Assembly (NCBI GenBank): GCA_039810425.1
Contig: JBDHWW010000072.1
Coordinates: forward strand, 1 to 12,510
DNA from: Pseudobdellovibrionaceae bacterium
GTDB taxonomy: Bacteria > Bdellovibrionota > Bdellovibrionia > Bdellovibrionales > Bdellovibrionaceae
Direction of reading: 5' to 3'
Length of the DNA stretch: 12,510 nucleotides
This document shows positions 7,961 through 12,510 of the stretch, one piece after another (position 1 is the first letter of the stretch; each line of letters begins with the position of its first letter). A program made the position numbers and the translations under genes. The notes beneath the pieces are model-generated. The model saw only the letters and a list, made by a program, of their open reading frames with translations, did not search any database and had not been told where the DNA came from.

Positions 7961-7987
7961 TCAAGAAAAGCGTCAAAATTCCGATAC
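7961..7987 (+). promoter_or_regulatory. Sigma28 (FliA)-type promoter
   Basis: TCAA(G)-N15-TCCGATAC with canonical spacing, upstream of a PilZ gene. Confidence 0.65.
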
Positions 7988-7994
7988 CTTCTTT

Positions 7995-8351
7995 ATGAAC
8001 GCTCATGAAGATAAGGGCTTTTACAGACGAAAGTTTCCCCGCCGGGCCTTGGCGAAGAAGGTCGGCGTACTATTCGACGGCCAATACTTTATTTGTAATT
8101 CCGGAGAAATCGGAGAAGGTGGTATGTCCATCGTCAGTGAGTATGCGCTCACGGAAGGTCGTGAGCTCGTTCTTAGTTTTCAAATTCCTGACGGGACCTT
8201 TGTAACTTTACGGGGACAGATTAAATCCGTGGTAGCTAAAGACAAGATGGTCACCCATGGAATCGCATTCGATGAAATTCCCCTGGCCTTTAAACGACAA
8301 ATCCGAGCCTTTGTATCAGCTCGGATGACGTCGAGATTTCAATCGTTATAA
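7995..8351 (+). CDS. Stand-alone PilZ-domain protein (118 aa)
   Basis: RRKFPR matches RxxxR. EIGEGG is a variant of (D/N)xSxxG. Beta-barrel pattern ending in HGIAF...I..FV. Start reassigned to ATG 7995. Confidence 0.88.
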   Translation: MNAHEDKGFYRRKFPRRALAKKVGVLFDGQYFICNSGEIGEGGMSIVSEYALTEGRELVLSFQIPDGTFVTLRGQIKSVVAKDKMVTHGIAFDEIPLAFKRQIRAFVSARMTSRFQSL

Positions 8352-8419
8352 CTTAATAATGAGAACGGCCTGCTTCAGCGTCGGTCCTTTCGAACCTTGG
8401 CTCTGCGGCCATCGGCTGA

Positions 8420-8692
8420 TTACTTTGTACCGATCAACGCGTGAACGCGGGCAGAAAGACGACCGATTTTGCGAGAAGCTGTGTTCTTGCCGAAAACGCC
8501 TTTTTGAGCTGCACGAGTCAATTTGCTAGTCAAAGCACTCAACAACGCTGGAAGTTCTTTTACACTTTTAGCTTCCAAAGCTTTAATAAGCTTTTTTTCT
8601 TCAGTGCGAACCGCACCTTTGCGTTTGCTGTTAACAGTTGTTCTACGAGTCGCTTGACGAGCTCTTTTTGCTGCAGACTTATGATTTGCCAA
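8420..8692 (-). CDS. rpsT: 30S ribosomal protein S20
   Basis: MANHKSAAKRARQ...AAQKGV..KNTASRK..RL. TTG start with a GGAGG SD at 8700-8704. Confidence 0.98.
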   Translation of the reverse strand: MANHKSAAKRARQATRRTTVNSKRKGAVRTEEKKLIKALEAKSVKELPALLSALTSKLTRAAQKGVFGKNTASRKIGRLSARVHALIGTK

Positions 8693-8731
8693 GGGATAAC
8701 CTCCACACTAAGCTTTTTTAAACGAACACAG

Positions 8732-8760
8732 GTGATAACACATGGCCCCCGGCGTTTCAA
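8732..8760 (-). promoter_or_regulatory. Sigma70 promoter for rpsT
   Basis: TTGAAA(8760-8755)-N17-TATCAC(8737-8732) with a TG extension. It overlaps the murJ start. Confidence 0.55.
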
Positions 8761-10289
8761 GCAAAGAAGTTCCTAAAAGTATCATTCGGCAGGCTCTATC
8801 CATGTCTTTGGGTACTTTTTCGAGCCGAATCCTCGGTCTTATTAGGGATATGGCGCTTGCGGCTCTTTTTTCTCGTACGATCACCGATGCGTGGACTGCG
8901 GCTTTTCGCCTGCCAAATCTCTTTAGGCGCCTTTTGGGAGAAGGGTCGCTGTCCGTCAGCTTCATTCCTGTCTTTGTGCAGGCCCGGATGGAGTCCCCGC
9001 AACGGGCGCAAAACCTGGTGAATGGCTTTTATACGCTTTTGCTGGTTTTCTTGGCAGTTTTAACGGCTTTAGGGATTTTGCTCGCAGGTCCCATCCTGCG
9101 TCTGCTTTTGGATGCGGACTACGGGCCTGAGAAGCTCGCGATCACGGTCCGTATGGCGCAGATCATGTTTGGCTTCGTCTTTTTCATTACGACCTATGCT
9201 TACTTTATGGGGGTTCTAAACGCCCTCGGAAAGTTTGCCCTGCCAGCGATGGCGCCGACGCTGTTTAACATTTCCATGATTCTGTCGACGCTGATTCCGG
9301 GCTCCGTGTTTACCTTTGAAGGCGACGGCCTGGCATTGGGGGTGCTGATCGGTGGCGCACTCCAGATGGGGATTTTGATTCCTGCACTCCGTCGCCTTGG
9401 AGCTCTGCCGCGATTTCAGTGGACGGGGATGAATACCGACATCCGCAAGGTTCTGCGCAACATGGTGCCGGGGCTTTTGGGAATGGGGCTTCTGCAATTT
9501 GTGACGATTGTGAATTTGAAGTACGCAAGCGGTCTGGGGGATGGCGCGATTTCCTATATCTATTGGGCCGATCGCTTGTTGGAGCTGCCGCTGTCCCTTG
9601 TATCGGTGAGCTTGGGGACGGCGCTATTGCCAACGCTGGCGTCCCTCTGGAGTAGGGGACAGCGTGAGCAGATGTCCGAGACCGTGAATTACTATTTAAG
9701 ATTGAATCTCTTTGTGGCGATTCCGGCCGCGCTGGGGCTATTCTTTCTCGCGCGCCCCATTGTTGAGGTGCTTTTTATGCGCGGTCAGTTCAACACGGCC
9801 GACGCCGAGGCGACGGCCACTGTTTTGCGCGTCTATGCGTGGCTTTTAGTCGCGACCAGCGGAGTGCGGGTGCTGGTGCCGGCTTACTATGCAATTCAAA
9901 ATACCTGGTTCCCGGCGATGGCTGCCGGGGGGGCGCTAGTGTTGCACATCCTTCTTGCGCCGATTCTGATGAAAAGCTGGGGGCTTGAGGGGCTGGTGAT
10001 TTCGTCGTCTATCAGCGCGGCGGTGAATATGGCGGCCTTGTTGGGCGCTTACGGTAAGTACATCGGAGCCTTTGATTTTAGTAAATTCCTCCAGCAAGTT
10101 TTTAAATTTACTCTTGCGGGGGTGGTGATGGCCGTGGTGTTGCAACTTCACCCTTTGCTGCAGGCGCAAGCCGGTGAGGGCGTGGTGGCGAAGATTGTGA
10201 TCCTTGCTGTGACAATCGCGTTGGGTGCAGCGACCTATGGCGGAGCGAGCTTTGTTCTCAAGCTCGAAGAGTTGCAGGCGCTGCGGTAG
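8742..10289 (+). CDS. murJ: Lipid II flippase MurJ (MviN)
   Basis: Contains SRILGLIRD, DAWTAAFRLPNLFRRLLGEGSLS..FIPVF, ADRLLELP, LLPTL and RGQF. 515 aa, polytopic membrane protein, divergent from rpsT. Confidence 0.97.
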   Translation: MAPGVSSKEVPKSIIRQALSMSLGTFSSRILGLIRDMALAALFSRTITDAWTAAFRLPNLFRRLLGEGSLSVSFIPVFVQARMESPQRAQNLVNGFYTLLLVFLAVLTALGILLAGPILRLLLDADYGPEKLAITVRMAQIMFGFVFFITTYAYFMGVLNALGKFALPAMAPTLFNISMILSTLIPGSVFTFEGDGLALGVLIGGALQMGILIPALRRLGALPRFQWTGMNTDIRKVLRNMVPGLLGMGLLQFVTIVNLKYASGLGDGAISYIYWADRLLELPLSLVSVSLGTALLPTLASLWSRGQREQMSETVNYYLRLNLFVAIPAALGLFFLARPIVEVLFMRGQFNTADAEATATVLRVYAWLLVATSGVRVLVPAYYAIQNTWFPAMAAGGALVLHILLAPILMKSWGLEGLVISSSISAAVNMAALLGAYGKYIGAFDFSKFLQQVFKFTLAGVVMAVVLQLHPLLQAQAGEGVVAKIVILAVTIALGAATYGGASFVLKLEELQALR

Positions 10290-10443
10290 CGCTGGGGCCC
10301 AAAAGCGGTCCTCTAATAAGGAGCTAGTGTTTGATTTTGGACGCATCGAACGCCAAGCGCCACCAAGGCCCATATCGAAGAGTGGTTTCCTATCGTAGAT
10401 CGGCACGCTTCATCAGTAGCGTAAGAGATCAGTTTTCAATCTA

Positions 10444-11781
10444 TTATTCCCAGCGTGCGGTCATGACCCATTTATTGTCCGGTGTGGTGGCGGCTTTCAG
10501 CTGCTCTTTTGTGATGCGCTCTCCACGAATGGCGCTTTTAAACAGGCTGACGTATTCGGGCTTGCACACGGGCTTCGGCGCTGAAGGGGCTAGGATAGGC
10601 TGGCTCACGCATGACATCATCGGCATGTGGCCTTCTTGAGTCACCAAAATCAACTGTGCATTGCGGATAGTCGCATACTTATAGTGATGAATCGCATTTG
10701 TGACACCGGTTGAGCCATCTTCAGTTCCTTGGAAGTAAGTCGTCGGTGCCGTCACCGGATAAGCCGTTGCCTGATAGGTTTTTATTTTGCTTTCATCAAA
10801 ACCAATCAGAGTTTTACAAACACTGGCGCCATTGCTTGCGTAGGGCACAAACTTGCCATCAGCGGTGAGGCTCGCAGCAAAGTTCGCGTGCTCCGCCCCG
10901 CGTGAAAGCTCTTTGCAGGCAATATGATTAAACATGTAGGCGCCAAAGTATCTAGACTCCAATAGCAAAGAGTCTTGTTCCGGTGAATGACTGCTTTTGT
11001 CGTAGTCATCAATGTATTTATTCAGCTGAATGGTCAGATTTTTCTCAAAGTTCGGCAGATACATCACCTGTTGGGCTAGAGCCCCCAGCCACTCATCGGG
11101 GACGTCCGGGCGTTGGGTGAAATCCAAAATCCTTTTTTGCTGGTCTTTTGGTAGACGGGAGAAATAGCGATTGAGAAGTTTCAAACGGTGGGGGTTGGTC
11201 CAAAGTTGCTCTGTACCATCGAAGATCGTTCCTTCTAAGATCATAGAAGATGTGTGATCTCTAAAGAGGGTTGCGTAAATATTTGCGACGATGGTGCCGT
11301 AAGAATGACCATAAGACGTGACCTTGTCGACGCCGACCGCGGCGCGGACGATCTCCGCATCGCGAGCAATGTATTCAGAACTAAAATAGGCTGTCGTTTG
11401 CAGTTCGATGAACTGAGCGGGTTTTGAAAAGCCAGTCCCGCGCTGATCCATATAGATGAAGTTTACATCTGGAAGCGTGTTTTCGAATTGCGAGAACCAA
11501 GAGTTGCCGCCCGGACCGCCATAGAAATACAAAACTGTCGGTTGAGCTGGATTGAAATTCTTTGAAACACGGTAATAAATTTGAATTGTACCTCTGCTGG
11601 GATTTTTATAGTCCAGCGGCGCCTGCACGAACTGGCCATGAAGATCTATTGTCGGTCCAAGGTCGTCCACAATACTTTTATAGAGCTCAGGCCCCGATAT
11701 GTATTCTTCTTGGAGAACGATGCCTTGAGCAAAAGTTAAAGAGCTGAACGCCATCATCAATGATAAAACTAAAAACTTCAT
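10444..11781 (-). CDS. Secreted alpha/beta hydrolase, peptidase S33 (prolyl aminopeptidase/TAP-like), 445 aa
   Basis: Start reassigned to ATG 11781 (GAGG SD). Sec signal MKFLVLSLMMAFSSLTFA. Contains PLDY, GGPGG, DQRGTGFS, nucleophile GHSYG, GTED and EGH. Confidence 0.9.
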   Translation of the reverse strand: MKFLVLSLMMAFSSLTFAQGIVLQEEYISGPELYKSIVDDLGPTIDLHGQFVQAPLDYKNPSRGTIQIYYRVSKNFNPAQPTVLYFYGGPGGNSWFSQFENTLPDVNFIYMDQRGTGFSKPAQFIELQTTAYFSSEYIARDAEIVRAAVGVDKVTSYGHSYGTIVANIYATLFRDHTSSMILEGTIFDGTEQLWTNPHRLKLLNRYFSRLPKDQQKRILDFTQRPDVPDEWLGALAQQVMYLPNFEKNLTIQLNKYIDDYDKSSHSPEQDSLLLESRYFGAYMFNHIACKELSRGAEHANFAASLTADGKFVPYASNGASVCKTLIGFDESKIKTYQATAYPVTAPTTYFQGTEDGSTGVTNAIHHYKYATIRNAQLILVTQEGHMPMMSCVSQPILAPSAPKPVCKPEYVSLFKSAIRGERITKEQLKAATTPDNKWVMTARWE

Positions 11782-11834
11782 TGAATCCTCTTGGTTGTAT
11801 TTCGTGGATATCGTTCCATTTCGTGAAAGGCCGG

Positions 11835-11863
11835 ATATTATCAGGCGGCGGGAGCCTTGTAAA
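11835..11863 (-). promoter_or_regulatory. Sigma70 promoter for the hydrolase
   Basis: TTTACA(11863-11858)-N17-TAATAT(11840-11835) with a TG extension. Confidence 0.55.
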
Positions 11864-11866
11864 GAC

Positions 11867-11937
11867 GGTCCTTCCAACCCGGAAAATACTTCCGGGTTGG
11901 TTCTCCGTTTTAAAAGGCGCCCGCGCCGGGGAGGACC
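11867..11937. repeat. Multi-stem palindromic element downstream of the Y1 transposase (REP-like or IS200-end-like)
   Basis: Perfect 11-bp hairpin CCAACCCGGAA-aatac-TTCCGGGTTGG (11874-11900), a small GGCG-cccg-CGCC hairpin (11916-11927), and a closing stem GGTCCT(11867-11872)/AGGACC(11932-11937). Confidence 0.6.
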
Positions 11938-11949
11938 TCGCAGCTACTA

Positions 11950-12441
11950 TTATCCCGGGCGTTTCGGTTTCTTCTTTCTCACCAGAAGCCCGCGCCCCTC
12001 TAAATCATTAAGTTCATGATAGGCGACCACGGCCCTAAACTGCTTCCCCCAAGATAAAATCTTAGTAAAAGGGCGAAGATCAAAAAGGCCTTTCAAGGAC
12101 CTTCCTTTAAGCTTTGAAAGAAGACTCACCAGTAAAGAAGTCAGGGTTCTGATAAAGGCCAAATAAGCGTCCCGCGAGGGAAGTTTAACCAACAAATGAA
12201 TATGCGACCAGTTCAGTGAAATCTCATAAAGTTTAATCCCATACCTCTTAGCATGGGACTTTATCAATAATTCCATCTTACGATGGCCAGGAACAAAACA
12301 AGAACTTCCTGAGCTCTTGAGGACAAGATGAATCGGATGTCTTAGCGAAAGCGGACGGGCCGTTTTCCTTTTCCCAGATAGCAAGCTCCCACCAAATTCT
12401 TTCTTATAGTCCCCAATAAACCCAAACCCCAGTTGTTTCAT
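11950..12441 (-). CDS. HUH Y1 tyrosine transposase, RAYT/IS200-TnpA superfamily (163 aa)
   Basis: Contains PIHLVLK, the HUH motif NWSHIHLLV, LF..RPF and a candidate catalytic Tyr in VVAYHELN. Basic tail. GAGGTG SD. No tnpB downstream. Confidence 0.85.
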   Translation of the reverse strand: MKQLGFGFIGDYKKEFGGSLLSGKRKTARPLSLRHPIHLVLKSSGSSCFVPGHRKMELLIKSHAKRYGIKLYEISLNWSHIHLLVKLPSRDAYLAFIRTLTSLLVSLLSKLKGRSLKGLFDLRPFTKILSWGKQFRAVVAYHELNDLEGRGLLVRKKKPKRPG

Positions 12442-12498
12442 TCACGCACCTCTTTTAAACTTATGAAAGGCCCTTACAGCCTCACTGAGAGTAAGAAA

Positions 12499-12507
12499 CT
12501 TATAGCA
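12499..12507 (-). promoter_or_regulatory. Possible extended -10 for the transposase gene
   Basis: TGcTATAAG about 58 nt upstream of the ATG. The -35 region would be outside the window. Confidence 0.35.
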
Positions 12508-12510
12508 TGG

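Noticed and set aside
7872..7994. Upstream extension of the PilZ ORF
   Set aside because: It overlaps the HD C-terminal frame and the sigma28 promoter.
2404..10406. Numerous antisense or alternate-frame ORFs (e.g. 2565-2975, 4504-5040, 6614-7093, 9936-10406)
   Set aside because: Shadow ORFs of well-supported genes, with no recognisable motifs or translation signals.
8382..11872. CGGTCCT heptamer in three intergenic regions (near 8382, 10306, 11866) as a dispersed REP
   Set aside because: Only 7 nt are shared. The flanks do not align, and the first two copies have no comparable hairpin.
11782..11877. N-terminal extension of the hydrolase ORF, and a sigma28-like AACGATAT at 11815-11808
   Set aside because: ATG 11781 has an SD and a signal peptide. 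The sigma28-like -10 has no TAAA at the 15-nt spacing.
11760..12441. IS605-type element with TnpB/omegaRNA
   Set aside because: No RuvC/zinc-finger ORF lies downstream, and the plus-strand ORFs at 11760-12019 are short and lack motifs. A divergent tnpB beyond the window edge cannot be excluded.

Overview
Mostly core chromosome of a Gram-negative bacterium, probably Bdellovibrionota-like. That assignment is inferred from gene content, an RxPxA-type motif in a secreted lipoprotein, a stand-alone PilZ gene with a sigma28 promoter and the style of the Y1 transposase. The housekeeping block is purA, serA-like dehydrogenase, class V aminotransferase (minus strand), then lptE, holA, an HD hydrolase and a PilZ gene (plus strand), then rpsT and murJ. 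The left flank has two lipoproteins of unknown function, one apparently truncated. The right flank has a secreted S33-type alpha/beta hydrolase and a stand-alone HUH/Y1 (RAYT/IS200-like) transposase gene followed by a multi-stem palindromic element. The most notable observations are: (1) the Y1 nuclease with its structured 3' element and no tnpB; (2) two correctly spaced sigma28 promoters, each ending exactly 7 nt before an ATG, suggesting leaderless transcripts; (3) an HD gene with a clean internal deletion and frameshift at 7800/7801; (4) a perfect 14-bp inverted repeat with extra GACCAA half-sites upstream of the unknown lipoprotein. No rRNA, tRNA or CRISPR array was found. All calls are by eye, with no database searches.
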